This document shows, piece after piece, positions 45,605 through 54,565 of a stretch of DNA of 64,000 bases. The translations under genes and the position numbers were made by a program. The notes below the pieces were generated by a model that saw only the letters and a program-made list of their open reading frames with translations, ran no database searches and was not told where the DNA came from. The DNA is from Deltaproteobacteria bacterium (GTDB lineage Bacteria; Desulfobacterota; Desulfobulbia; Desulfobulbales; SURF-16), in the NCBI GenBank assembly GCA_024277655.1, contig JAJRUT010000056.1:3683-67682 (forward strand), written 5' to 3'. Every line of letters starts with the position of its first letter. The first letter of the stretch is position 1.

Positions 45605-46939
45605 ATGGCTGAATGGACAAAGAAAAGCTGGCAGAAATTTGAAGCTCTGCAACAACCTAAATGGCCTGATGCAGCTGATTACGAGAAGGCTGTGGGTACC
45701 ATAGCCAAGTTGCCGCCTCTGGTTTTTGCCGGTGAAATTCGGGCGATGAAAGAGGAGCTTGCGGCCGCTTCCCGTGGTGAGGCCTTTCTGCTTATGGGTG
45801 GTGACTGTTCCGAGGCTTTTGATAATTGTACTGCTCCTGCCATTCGCGAGACCTTGAAGGTCATTCTGCAAATGGCGGTTGTTCTCAGTTACGCCGGTGG
45901 CAAGCCGGTGGTCAAGGTTGGCCGTATGGCCGGGCAATATGCCAAGCCCCGCTCTGCCGATCTTGAGACCATCGATGGTGTTTCTCTGCCAAGTTATCGC
46001 GGTGATATGGTAAACTCCCCCGGTTTTACTGAGGCCGAGCGTATCCCTGATGCCCAGCGCATGGTGCAGGGGTACCATCTTTCTGCTGCCACCATGAATA
46101 TCCTCCGCGCTTTCACCAAGGGAGGCTACGGTTCCCTTGAGCGGGTACATGCCTGGAATAATGAGTTCGTTAAGGCGTCTCCCATGGGTCGCAACTACGA
46201 GCGGCTGGGGAAATCCATGAATCAGGCCCTTAATTTTATGCGGGTAGTCGGGATTGACACCAATACTCCGCAGTTTAATCAGGCCCAGTTCTACACCTCC
46301 CACGAGGCGCTGCTGATGGGCTACGAAGAGGCGTTGACCCGCCAGGACTCTATCACCAATGAGTGGTATGACTGCTCGGCCCATCTGGTTTGGATCGGTG
46401 ACCGTACCCGTCAGCTTGATGGGGCCCACGTTGAATTTTTAAGCGGGGTAAAAAATCCCATCGGCATGAAGGTCGGGCCAAATCATGATCTTGACGTAAT
46501 TCGCGCCTTGGCGCAAAAGCTAAACCCTGAAAATGAAGCTGGTCGTCTGACCTTCATCACCCGTTTCGGTAAATCAATCGAAGATCATTTGCCCGGTCTT
46601 GTCCGTATGGTGAAGAAAGAGGGTATCAATGTTGTCTGGTGTTGCGATCCCATGCACGGCAATACCTATACCGCCGAGACTGGTCATAAGACCCGTAATT
46701 TCAATGATATACTTGAGGAAATTCAGTGCTTTTTTGAGATTCACTGGGCCGAAGGTTCTATCCCAGGCGGGGTTCATTTTGAAATGACCGGCCAGAATGT
46801 CACCGAATGTACTGGTGGCGGGCGTAATATTGTGGATAAGAATCTGGGCGAAAATTATCAGACCAACTGTGATCCTCGTTTGAATGCTGAGCAGTCTTTG
46901 GAGCTGGCTTTTCAAATTTCCGAGATGATTCGCCAGTAG
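45605..46939 (+). CDS. class II 3-deoxy-7-phosphoheptulonate (DAHP) synthase
   Basis: 'W..KSW....A.QQP.WPD' N-terminus, 'GRMAGQYAKPRS' and 'DPMHGNT'. 444 aa. Confidence 0.92.
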   Translation: MAEWTKKSWQKFEALQQPKWPDAADYEKAVGTIAKLPPLVFAGEIRAMKEELAAASRGEAFLLMGGDCSEAFDNCTAPAIRETLKVILQMAVVLSYAGGKPVVKVGRMAGQYAKPRSADLETIDGVSLPSYRGDMVNSPGFTEAERIPDAQRMVQGYHLSAATMNILRAFTKGGYGSLERVHAWNNEFVKASPMGRNYERLGKSMNQALNFMRVVGIDTNTPQFNQAQFYTSHEALLMGYEEALTRQDSITNEWYDCSAHLVWIGDRTRQLDGAHVEFLSGVKNPIGMKVGPNHDLDVIRALAQKLNPENEAGRLTFITRFGKSIEDHLPGLVRMVKKEGINVVWCCDPMHGNTYTAETGHKTRNFNDILEEIQCFFEIHWAEGSIPGGVHFEMTGQNVTECTGGGRNIVDKNLGENYQTNCDPRLNAEQSLELAFQISEMIRQ

Positions 46940-46963
46940 CCTTATTAAGGTTGAAGCACAAAA

Positions 46964-47016
46964 GGTTAAAGGGGTAAGGGGAGAGGTGCTTCTCCTTAAC
47001 CCTGTAACCTTAACCC
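46964..47016. repeat. imperfect hairpin built from GGTTAAGGGG-type motifs
   Basis: Left arm ggttaaaggggtaaggggaga (46964-46984), loop ggtgct, right arm tctccttaaccctgtaacc (46991-47009), then a further ttaaccc. Confidence 0.6.
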
Positions 47017-47033
47017 TTTCTCCTCCCGGATAA

Positions 47034-48740
47034 ATGTCCCCGAAAATAACCCTCCTTATACTCATGCTTGTTGTACTGGCTCTTATCATGAAGGAAAACA
47101 TGACCAAGAGGCCAGATCAGCTCTATGTGACCACCACGGGTCAGGTGGAGATGTGTCTCTCCTGTCACACCACTGAAAGGCTTGATGTCGCCCATGATAC
47201 CAAGGTGCTTGGCTGTTCCACCTGTCATCTGGGGGATGCCCTGGCGATTGATAAAGGCATGGCCCATAAGGGGATTGTTGTTAACCCCGGTGATCTGCGG
47301 GTGGTGGAGAGGACCTGTGGGGTTGAGGGGTGTCATGCGGCGGATGTGAAAAAGGTCAAGAACTCCCTGATGGCAACCAACCGTGGGATTTTGGCGACTT
47401 TACGCTATTACTGGAAGGAGGCTCCCGATCAAAACGGGATGTTTTCGGTGGAGCAACTTTTAGAGAGCGGTGAGACGTCGCTCGCCATTGATTATTATCG
47501 TAAGCTCTGCGGTACCTGTCATCTCTGGAAAAAACGGGGTGATTTGCCCGGTTTCTTTGGTGAGAAAGGTGGAGGGTGTACGGCCTGTCATTATCAGAAG
47601 GATGACGAGGGGCTATCCCCGGCTGAGGCAAAAAAGATCCATCCCAAGATCACCAAAAAAGTCCCCATGAAGAATTGTATCCGCTGTCATAATCGTTCGG
47701 GTCGTATCGGTATTTCCTACACCGGTATCTACGAGTCGGAGAATTATGGTACTCCGTATGAGGATGGTGGGATGAGTTCCAAAGAGTTGCCCGGCAATCG
47801 CTATTATCTGGAGATAACCGAAGACATTCATCATAAGAAGGGCATGACCTGTATTGATTGCCATACCCGGAATGAAATCATGGGTGATGGCACCATGTAC
47901 GCCCATTATGAGGAGCAGGTTGAGATTAAATGTGCGACCTGCCATACCACCGGTGATGTTGGTGTCACTCGCAAGGGTGAAAAATTAAATAATGTAACAC
48001 CTCAGGGCGAGAGCTATGTTCTGAAGAATAAATTAACTGAAAAACTGTACCCGCTCAATCCCCCTAAGTCAGGGGTGTGTGATTTTTCCGGTCATGATCG
48101 TCTGTCCTGTGATTCCTGCCATGCCTCATGGGTGCCACAATGTTATGGTTGCCATGTGAAGTATGATCGCAGTGAAACCGATCTTGATAAGTTGACCATG
48201 GAACAGACGGAAGGGTGGTGGAGTGAGGGACGGTCATATATTCGTTATGAACGCCCCATCCTTGCCGTTTGGGGCAAGAGGGTGGTCATTGTCACCCCTG
48301 GATGTCAGGATATTATTACCCTGCTTGATGAAAATGGTGGCGAGGATAAACAGTTTAGCTCGTTTACCATGGCGGCGATCAGTCCCCATACCACGCAACT
48401 TAAAGGCCGGTCATGCTCGGAGTGTCATACCAACACTAAGGTCATGGGTCTTGGTGAGGGACGGGTGTGGCGTGAGGATGGCACGTGGAAGTTTGCCGGT
48501 ATTGACCAAGGTGTTGAGATTGCGGAGGGTCTCAGCCCTCCCCTTGATGCCTTTGTTGATATCGAGGGGAAACAACTGCAACGGGGTTCAAGGGCTGACT
48601 TACGGCCCTTTAACAAGGATGAACTTGGACGTATTCTGCGGGTTGGCCTGTGTCTAGAGTGTCACTCCGACTACACCGATAAGGCATGGAAGGGCTATAA
48701 GCCTGATACGGTTTGTCCTAAATGGCAGGAAGGGAAGTGA
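47034..48740 (+). CDS. membrane-anchored multihaem cytochrome c (11 CxxCH + 1 CxxxxCH)
   Basis: N-terminal TM 'ITLLILMLVVLALIM'. Motifs: CLSCH, CSTCH, CGVEGCH, CGTCH, CTACH, CIRCH, CIDCH, CATCH, CDSCH, CYGCH, CSECH, CLECH. Confidence 0.85.
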   Translation: MSPKITLLILMLVVLALIMKENMTKRPDQLYVTTTGQVEMCLSCHTTERLDVAHDTKVLGCSTCHLGDALAIDKGMAHKGIVVNPGDLRVVERTCGVEGCHAADVKKVKNSLMATNRGILATLRYYWKEAPDQNGMFSVEQLLESGETSLAIDYYRKLCGTCHLWKKRGDLPGFFGEKGGGCTACHYQKDDEGLSPAEAKKIHPKITKKVPMKNCIRCHNRSGRIGISYTGIYESENYGTPYEDGGMSSKELPGNRYYLEITEDIHHKKGMTCIDCHTRNEIMGDGTMYAHYEEQVEIKCATCHTTGDVGVTRKGEKLNNVTPQGESYVLKNKLTEKLYPLNPPKSGVCDFSGHDRLSCDSCHASWVPQCYGCHVKYDRSETDLDKLTMEQTEGWWSEGRSYIRYERPILAVWGKRVVIVTPGCQDIITLLDENGGEDKQFSSFTMAAISPHTTQLKGRSCSECHTNTKVMGLGEGRVWREDGTWKFAGIDQGVEIAEGLSPPLDAFVDIEGKQLQRGSRADLRPFNKDELGRILRVGLCLECHSDYTDKAWKGYKPDTVCPKWQEGK

Positions 48741-48773
48741 ACGTCCAACGTTCAATAAGAAAAGGTTATATCG

Positions 48774-50084
48774 ATGATTATCAAACCCATCAAAGCTACA
48801 ACGGACGCAGGCAAGGCAATCCTTGCTGGTCTCTACAATCGTTTTCAGCTAGCTGACCCAAAATGTCAGGAGATTGTGGCGGATATTTTGGACAATGTTC
48901 AACGCCGTGGTGACGAAGCGGTGCTGGAGTATTCCCGAAAGTTTGATTCCCCCGAGATGACCCTTGCCGCCATGAAGGCCAGTCAGGCTGAGATGGATGC
49001 GGCCTATGGTTTGGTTGATGATGAGATTTTGGGTTCTATTCGCCTTGCCAAGGAGCGTATCTTTGCCTTCCACGAGCGTGAGAAGGAAGATTCGTGGATG
49101 ATGACCAGAAAGGACGGTACCATCACTGGGCGCATGGTTCAGCCTGTGGCTTCGGCTGGGCTGTACGTCCCTGGAGGACAGGGCGGCAAGACGCCCCTTG
49201 TCTCATCGGTACTTATGAACGGGATTCCGGCGGTGATTGCCGGGGTGAAAAAGATGGTGATGGTCACTCCTCCCTCCGCCGATGGTTCGGTGAATCCGGC
49301 GCTTTTGGTGGCGGCGCAGGAGGTTGGCATTTCTGAGGTGTACAAGATCGGCAGTGCTTGGGCCATAGCGGCGCTGGCCTTTGGCACGGAGTCTGTGCCC
49401 AGGGTCGATGTGATTGTCGGCCCCGGCAACCAGTTTGTCGCTGAGGCCAAACGCCAAATCATGGGGCGGGTGCGGATTGATATGATTGCCGGGCCCTCCG
49501 AGGTGCTGATTATTGCCGATGCCAACGCCACCCCGGCCCACTGTGCGGCCGATATGTTGGCCCAGGCTGAGCATGATCCCCAGGCCTTGGCCATTCTTCT
49601 CACCACAAGTGCTGAGGTCGCGGAGGGGACGGTGCGCGAGCTTGAGCGCCAGTTGCCACTTTTATCCCGGGAGGATATTGCTCGAAAATCATTGGTTGAT
49701 CGCGGGGTTATTGTCGTGTGCGAATCGGTGGATGAATGTATTGGCTTTGCCAACGATATTGCCATTGAGCATCTGGAACTCATGGTGGCGGAACCCTTTT
49801 TACGCCTCGGCCAGATCGAACACGCCGGGGCCATTTTTCTGGGTGATTATTCCCCCGAGGCATGTGGTGATTACGTCGCAGGGCCAAACCATGTCCTGCC
49901 CACCATGGGTACGGCGCGGATTTCCTCTGCCCTCGGGGTTGAAACTTTTTTAAAGAAGGCCTCCATTATCGCCTACTCCAAAGAGGCGTTTATGGCGGAC
50001 GCCGAGCATATCCAGCGTCTGGCAAATCTGGAAGGACTCTCAGCCCATGCCAGGAGTGTGGCAGTGCGTCTTGGGAAAGAGTGA
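48774..50084 (+). CDS. hisD: histidinol dehydrogenase HisD
   Basis: 436 aa with 'AGPSEVLIIAD', 'QAEHDP' and 'GDY.AGPNHVLPT' motifs. Confidence 0.95.
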   Translation: MIIKPIKATTDAGKAILAGLYNRFQLADPKCQEIVADILDNVQRRGDEAVLEYSRKFDSPEMTLAAMKASQAEMDAAYGLVDDEILGSIRLAKERIFAFHEREKEDSWMMTRKDGTITGRMVQPVASAGLYVPGGQGGKTPLVSSVLMNGIPAVIAGVKKMVMVTPPSADGSVNPALLVAAQEVGISEVYKIGSAWAIAALAFGTESVPRVDVIVGPGNQFVAEAKRQIMGRVRIDMIAGPSEVLIIADANATPAHCAADMLAQAEHDPQALAILLTTSAEVAEGTVRELERQLPLLSREDIARKSLVDRGVIVVCESVDECIGFANDIAIEHLELMVAEPFLRLGQIEHAGAIFLGDYSPEACGDYVAGPNHVLPTMGTARISSALGVETFLKKASIIAYSKEAFMADAEHIQRLANLEGLSAHARSVAVRLGKE

Positions 50085-50179
50085 TCTCAGTATCAGTGGT
50101 TTTCGGTCGACGGTTTAAGGATGGTACAGGATATAGCGGTGTGCTGGGTAGAACTTGCAGTTTACTCAGAGGACGGGTT

Positions 50180-50351
50180 CAAGGTTTACACAAGTCCGCT
50201 TAAACTTGCAATTTCTTGATTTATAGGCATTTTTCGCCGTCACTAGTTGGATTATGCGAGTCCCTCGCAAAGACTGATCCAACCAGTGCCAACAAAAAAG
50301 ACCAAAAATGCTACGAAATTTCCAGAATGCCACTCCCTTGTGTAAACCTTG
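50180..50351. repeat. nested inverted repeats in an ORF-free region (candidate structured RNA)
   Basis: Perfect 15-bp inverted repeat caaggtttacacaag (50180-50194) / cttgtgtaaaccttg (50337-50351). It encloses a 12-bp stem with one mismatch (50241-50252 / 50277-50288) and a 6-bp hairpin (50255-50260 / 50264-50269). Confidence 0.7.
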
Positions 50352-50495
50352 CACCCTCGCATATAGCGAAGACTTCGAGATCCTAGTCTGACACCCCTGT
50401 GGCGAATAGGATTTATTGTTGGCTGTAGATTGTACGTCGTTGCCTGAAAGAACGCCGGACACCCCTTTTTAGGTTGAACAGGTGGATGATTACTG

Positions 50496-51146
50496 ATGAA
50501 TGGACTTGAATTTCTCCAGAATGAATGTAAAAGGGCCGGGTTTGCTCTTGATGACGCAGGTCTTTGTCTGGTCTATCGCTACGCCGAAGAGCTATTGAAA
50601 TGGTCAAAGAAGATGAACCTGGTGACGCGGGGTGATCTGCAAACCATGCTCACCGACCATGTCTTGGACTCTCTTTGTCTCTATCCATTGGTGCATAAAT
50701 CCTGTGACTCTCTCTTGGACGTTGGTACTGGGGCCGGTTTGCCCGGTCTTATTTTGGGAGCAGTCTGTCCGGAGATGCAGGTGACCCTTGTTGAGCCTCG
50801 GGCCAAACGGGTGTCGTTTCTGCGGCATGTGGTGCGGACGCTGAAACTTGTCAATATCAGGATTGTCCCCACTCGCCTTGAGCCGGGAATGGATATGGGC
50901 CAATTTTCCGGTGCTACTTCCAGAGCCTTTGCCGAGTTGGCACTTTTTCTGCCGTTGGTGGAGCCGTATCTTGTAGATAATGGTGTGGTATATTGCATGA
51001 AGGGAGCCAAAGGCGAAGAGGAATTTGCCAAATTTGAAAAAGAGAACCCGCAAACATCCTTGCAGTTTAAAGAAAAAGTGAAGGCAGCCTATCCGTTGGG
51101 GGAGCATGGGCGATGTTTAATGATGTTTGTAAAATATGAGAATTGA
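50496..51146 (+). CDS. rsmG: 16S rRNA (guanine527-N7)-methyltransferase RsmG
   Basis: 'LLDVGTGAGLPGL' AdoMet motif and RsmG-type length and layout. Confidence 0.85.
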   Translation: MNGLEFLQNECKRAGFALDDAGLCLVYRYAEELLKWSKKMNLVTRGDLQTMLTDHVLDSLCLYPLVHKSCDSLLDVGTGAGLPGLILGAVCPEMQVTLVEPRAKRVSFLRHVVRTLKLVNIRIVPTRLEPGMDMGQFSGATSRAFAELALFLPLVEPYLVDNGVVYCMKGAKGEEEFAKFEKENPQTSLQFKEKVKAAYPLGEHGRCLMMFVKYEN

Positions 51147-51196
51147 GAAACAGTGTTGTCTGGATAGAAGAAGATTTCTTCATATTGAATCCGGGC

Positions 51197-51236
51197 TTTT
51201 ATGCCCCTTTACTGCGCTTCATAAAGGGGCATAAAA
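51197..51236. terminator. perfect 15-bp AT-flanked hairpin after rsmG
   Basis: ttttatgccccttta-ctgcgcttca-taaaggggcataaaa. Confidence 0.5.
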
Positions 51237-51334
51237 AACCTCGTGTAGATAGTAAAATTTCTGCTACACATTTTGGCAACCACCGATGGACACCGCCCCC
51301 CTATCACCTTAAACCTTCCCCCCCCCCTTAAAAA

Positions 51335-52849
51335 ATGATTGATATTAGTCAAGACCTGCGTCGATCAAAGGTCACCACTCCTGCCCTGATGTTTCAGGGA
51401 ACCTGCTCCAATGCCGGGAAATCCATTTTGACTGCTGCCCTCTGCCGTATTTTCTTGCAGGACGGGTTGTCCGTTGCCCCGTTCAAGGCGCAGAATATGT
51501 CGCTGAACTCCTATGTCACCCGCTACGGCGAAGAGATGGGCCGGGCCCAGGTGGTGCAGGCCCAGGCCGCGCGCCTTGACCCCGATGTGCGGATGAATCC
51601 GGTGCTGTTAAAGCCCTCTTCCGATACGGGCAGTCAGGTGATTGTTATGGGCAAGCCGGTGGCTAATATGAGCGTTGGCGATTATCTGCGCTATAAACCG
51701 GAGGTGTTTGGTCGGGTGCATGAGGCGTATGATTCCCTGGCCCGTGAGCATCAAGTTATGGTGCTTGAAGGGGCAGGTAGTCCGGCCGAGGTGAATCTCA
51801 AGCACCACGATATCGTCAATATGCCCATGGCGCGTTACGCAGGAGCCAAGGTGCTGCTGGTGGGGGATATTGATCGGGGTGGGATCTTTGCCTCTTTTGT
51901 GGGAACCATGGAGATTCTTGATGAGTGGGAACGGGATCTAATGGCGGGTTTTGTGGTCAATCGCTTTCGGGGCCAGAAGTCGCTACTAGATGATGCCCTG
52001 ACCTACATGGAGGACAAAACAGGCAAGCCTATGCTTGGTGTTATTGATTATTTGCAGAATCTTGGCCTGCCTGAAGAGGACTCGGTGAGCTTTAAGGCCG
52101 GTCTTTTTGAGGCACATTACTCGGACTCTGCCGAGGTTGATCTGGCCTTGATTGATCTGCCCCATATCTCTAACTTTACCGATTTTGAGCCGTTTATTGG
52201 CGAACCTGATGTGAATATCCGCTTGGTACAGCGGGGAGATGAGCTTGGCGAGCCGTCGGCCATTTTACTCCCCGGCAGTAAGAATGTTATGGCTGATGCG
52301 GTATTTCTCCACGAGTCGGGTCTTGCTGACCAGATTATGGCAAGGGCAGGTCAGAAGACCCCTGTGGTGGGTATCTGCGGAGGCTTTCAACTTCTCGGCA
52401 AGAGTGTCGCCGATCCCAACCAGATTGAGTCTACAGACGGTGTAGTTCAGGGTTTGGGGTTGCTGGAATTTGCCACGATCCTTGAAAAAGAAAAAACCCT
52501 CACCCTTAAATCAGGAGTTCATCTTGCTTCAGGTTGCGCTGTTCGCGGTTATGAAATTCATCATGGTATCAGCAGCGGTCAGCAAGAATCGTTGTTGCAG
52601 TTCACAGATGGAGAGCGGGCCGGGGTCTGTTCCGCTGATGGTCTTATCTGGGGCTCCTACCTGCACGGTGTTTTTGACGCCGACCCCTTTCGCCGCTGGT
52701 TTATTGATGGGTTGCGGCTAAGACAGGGGCTGGAACCACTTACAGAGGTGCAGTCCGGCTATGATCTGGAACCCGCCTTTGAGCGACTGGCTACGGCAGT
52801 ACGGGAACAACTGGACATGGATAAAATCTACACGATTCTCGGTCTGTAA
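51335..52849 (+). CDS. cobQ: cobyric acid synthase CobQ/CbiP
   Basis: 'MFQGTCSNAGKS', 'PFKAQNMSLNS', and a C-terminal GATase domain with 'ICGGFQ'. Confidence 0.92.
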   Translation: MIDISQDLRRSKVTTPALMFQGTCSNAGKSILTAALCRIFLQDGLSVAPFKAQNMSLNSYVTRYGEEMGRAQVVQAQAARLDPDVRMNPVLLKPSSDTGSQVIVMGKPVANMSVGDYLRYKPEVFGRVHEAYDSLAREHQVMVLEGAGSPAEVNLKHHDIVNMPMARYAGAKVLLVGDIDRGGIFASFVGTMEILDEWERDLMAGFVVNRFRGQKSLLDDALTYMEDKTGKPMLGVIDYLQNLGLPEEDSVSFKAGLFEAHYSDSAEVDLALIDLPHISNFTDFEPFIGEPDVNIRLVQRGDELGEPSAILLPGSKNVMADAVFLHESGLADQIMARAGQKTPVVGICGGFQLLGKSVADPNQIESTDGVVQGLGLLEFATILEKEKTLTLKSGVHLASGCAVRGYEIHHGISSGQQESLLQFTDGERAGVCSADGLIWGSYLHGVFDADPFRRWFIDGLRLRQGLEPLTEVQSGYDLEPAFERLATAVREQLDMDKIYTILGL

Positions 52850-53814
52850 TGACAAACCATCTCCTGCATATTTTCCTTGCCCTTATTCTCGACCAACTAC
52901 TCGGTGATCCCCGCTGGTTTCCCCACCCTGTTCGCCTTATTGGCAGGTTGCAACTGCGCTGTGAAAGGCTGACGCGGGCCTATTTAAGCGCAAAGCTTGC
53001 AGGGGTTGTTACGCTTATACTCTCTTTAAGTGCTGTGATGATTGTGGTGGCCCTGTTACTCCTTGTTGCCATAGAGGTTCATCCTCTGGCCTATCATGCA
53101 ATGTCTGTTTTTTTGCTCTACACCTGTTTTGCCACCCGGGATCTGGCCCGGCATGGGCGCTGGGTGTACCAGGCCCTGCAAGAGGATAATCTTGATTTGG
53201 CGCGGACAAGGGTAGGCTGGATTGTCGGGCGTGACACCGCAGAGCTTGACCGGGCCGGGGTGACGCGGGCCGGGGTTGAAAGTGTGGCAGAGAGCCTAGT
53301 GGATGGGGTCACAGCCCCTCTCTTTTATGCCTTTCTGGGTGGGCCGATAGGCGCCATGTTTTACAAGGCGATTAATACCGGCGACTCCATGTTTGGCTAT
53401 AAGAATGATCGGTACCGGGAGTTCGGTTGGGCGGCGGCAAAACTTGATGATGTGGCAAACTTTATTCCGGCCCGTCTCACCGCCTGGTTTATTCCTGTCT
53501 CTGCCCTGATCCTTGGCCTAGATTTTAAAAATAGTCGCCGTATTCTCAAACGTGATTGTCGCAATCATGCCAGCCCAAACTCCGGCTACTCCGAGGCCGC
53601 GGTTGCCGGTGCCTTAGGTATTCAGCTTGGTGGCACCAATATCTATTTTGGTAAACCTGTACGTAAACCAACCATTGGTGATGTGGGGCAGGCAGTCAAG
53701 CCAAGGCACCTCTTGCAGACGATTCAGCTTATGGAGGTGACCACTCTGCTGGTGTTTGGCGTGGGTTGTGGTCTAGGCTGGTCTATAATGGTTCTGGGGA
53801 GCCATTTTCTTTGA
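52849..53814 (+). CDS. cbiB: adenosylcobinamide-phosphate synthase CbiB/CobD
   Basis: 'LGDPRWFPHPVRLIG' and the polytopic membrane pattern. The start overlaps the cobQ stop. Confidence 0.9.
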   Translation: MTNHLLHIFLALILDQLLGDPRWFPHPVRLIGRLQLRCERLTRAYLSAKLAGVVTLILSLSAVMIVVALLLLVAIEVHPLAYHAMSVFLLYTCFATRDLARHGRWVYQALQEDNLDLARTRVGWIVGRDTAELDRAGVTRAGVESVAESLVDGVTAPLFYAFLGGPIGAMFYKAINTGDSMFGYKNDRYREFGWAAAKLDDVANFIPARLTAWFIPVSALILGLDFKNSRRILKRDCRNHASPNSGYSEAAVAGALGIQLGGTNIYFGKPVRKPTIGDVGQAVKPRHLLQTIQLMEVTTLLVFGVGCGLGWSIMVLGSHFL

Positions 53815-53819
53815 TATTT

Positions 53820-54500
53820 TTATCTTTTTCCTTCCTTGCTTAAGGCTCCCAGAAAGGGGCTGAATAGTTCATCATACTGGCGGAATGATTTCTTTAAAAT
53901 AATAGGGAAATCGGCTAGCTCTGACTCGTTGACCACAAGGTTTGCGCTGTTGATTAGAGCCTCAAGGTTATACAGGGTGTGGAAATCGGGGCCAATCAGG
54001 GTGTAATAGATGTAGCGCCGTTGCACCATGGGTAGCTCACACATGTGTTGGTGAAAGGTGGAGTCAATCAACATCCCCTCATATTGGCTATGGAGGACTA
54101 TGGCGGCGTATTCTGCAAAGCGCATCCGCCTGATGGCATCTTCCGGTGATTCTGGGAAAACCGGTTTATACCCCAGTCCTTCGTAAACCGTGGCGATGGA
54201 GTTTCTGGCAGGATGGGTATTGGGCATAAGGATCATCACCAGTGAAAAATCGTCTAACACCTCTTTGTCGGCGATGGTTCCAGTGCGTAGCCAGTTGAGG
54301 CTTGGCGGTTGCGGGATGTTCGGGTCAATTTCGTGGGGCGCTTGCTGATTTGGCTCAGATGAAATCTCCACCTGTTGTTTACAGGTGGGACACGAGAATT
54401 TGAGACTCTTGCCAATGGCAAGCGAGGCGTGGGCCTCTTCTATTTTTTGAATATGGCTGGGACTAAAGGCGTGGTGACAATGGGGACAGTTTTCAATCAT
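53820..54500 (-). CDS. zinc-ribbon protein with receiver-like C-terminal fold, unknown function
   Basis: 'CPHCHH...CPTCKQ' N-terminal ribbon. The C-terminal alternating beta/alpha pattern ('LVMILMPN','AAIVLHS') has no obvious phospho-acceptor. Lies downstream of pilT on the same strand. Confidence 0.5.
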   Translation of the reverse strand: MIENCPHCHHAFSPSHIQKIEEAHASLAIGKSLKFSCPTCKQQVEISSEPNQQAPHEIDPNIPQPPSLNWLRTGTIADKEVLDDFSLVMILMPNTHPARNSIATVYEGLGYKPVFPESPEDAIRRMRFAEYAAIVLHSQYEGMLIDSTFHQHMCELPMVQRRYIYYTLIGPDFHTLYNLEALINSANLVVNESELADFPIILKKSFRQYDELFSPFLGALSKEGKR

Positions 54501-54565
54501 GGCAAGGCTCGTCTGCTAAGGTTCTGATGAATAGTGTTGTTCTAAGTCCTGAGGCGGTCTGATTT

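Noticed and set aside
50100-50190. tmRNA- or tRNA-like fragments ('GGTTTTCGGTCGACGG', 'GGACGGGTTCAAGG').
   Set aside because: The resemblance to tmRNA 5' and 3' consensus is partial. The two pieces are only about 60 nt apart, no acceptor or T-stem pairing can be drawn, and there is no CCA-proximal end.
50166-50462. 98-aa minus-strand ORF in the hisD-rsmG spacer.
   Set aside because: Its composition is atypical of the other proteins here, with no RBS or motif. The region is better explained by the nested inverted repeats.
51147-51334. Cobalamin riboswitch upstream of cobQ.
   Set aside because: No B12-box-like sequence or multi-stem junction is recognisable. The region is only 188 nt, and 40 nt of that is a simple hairpin.
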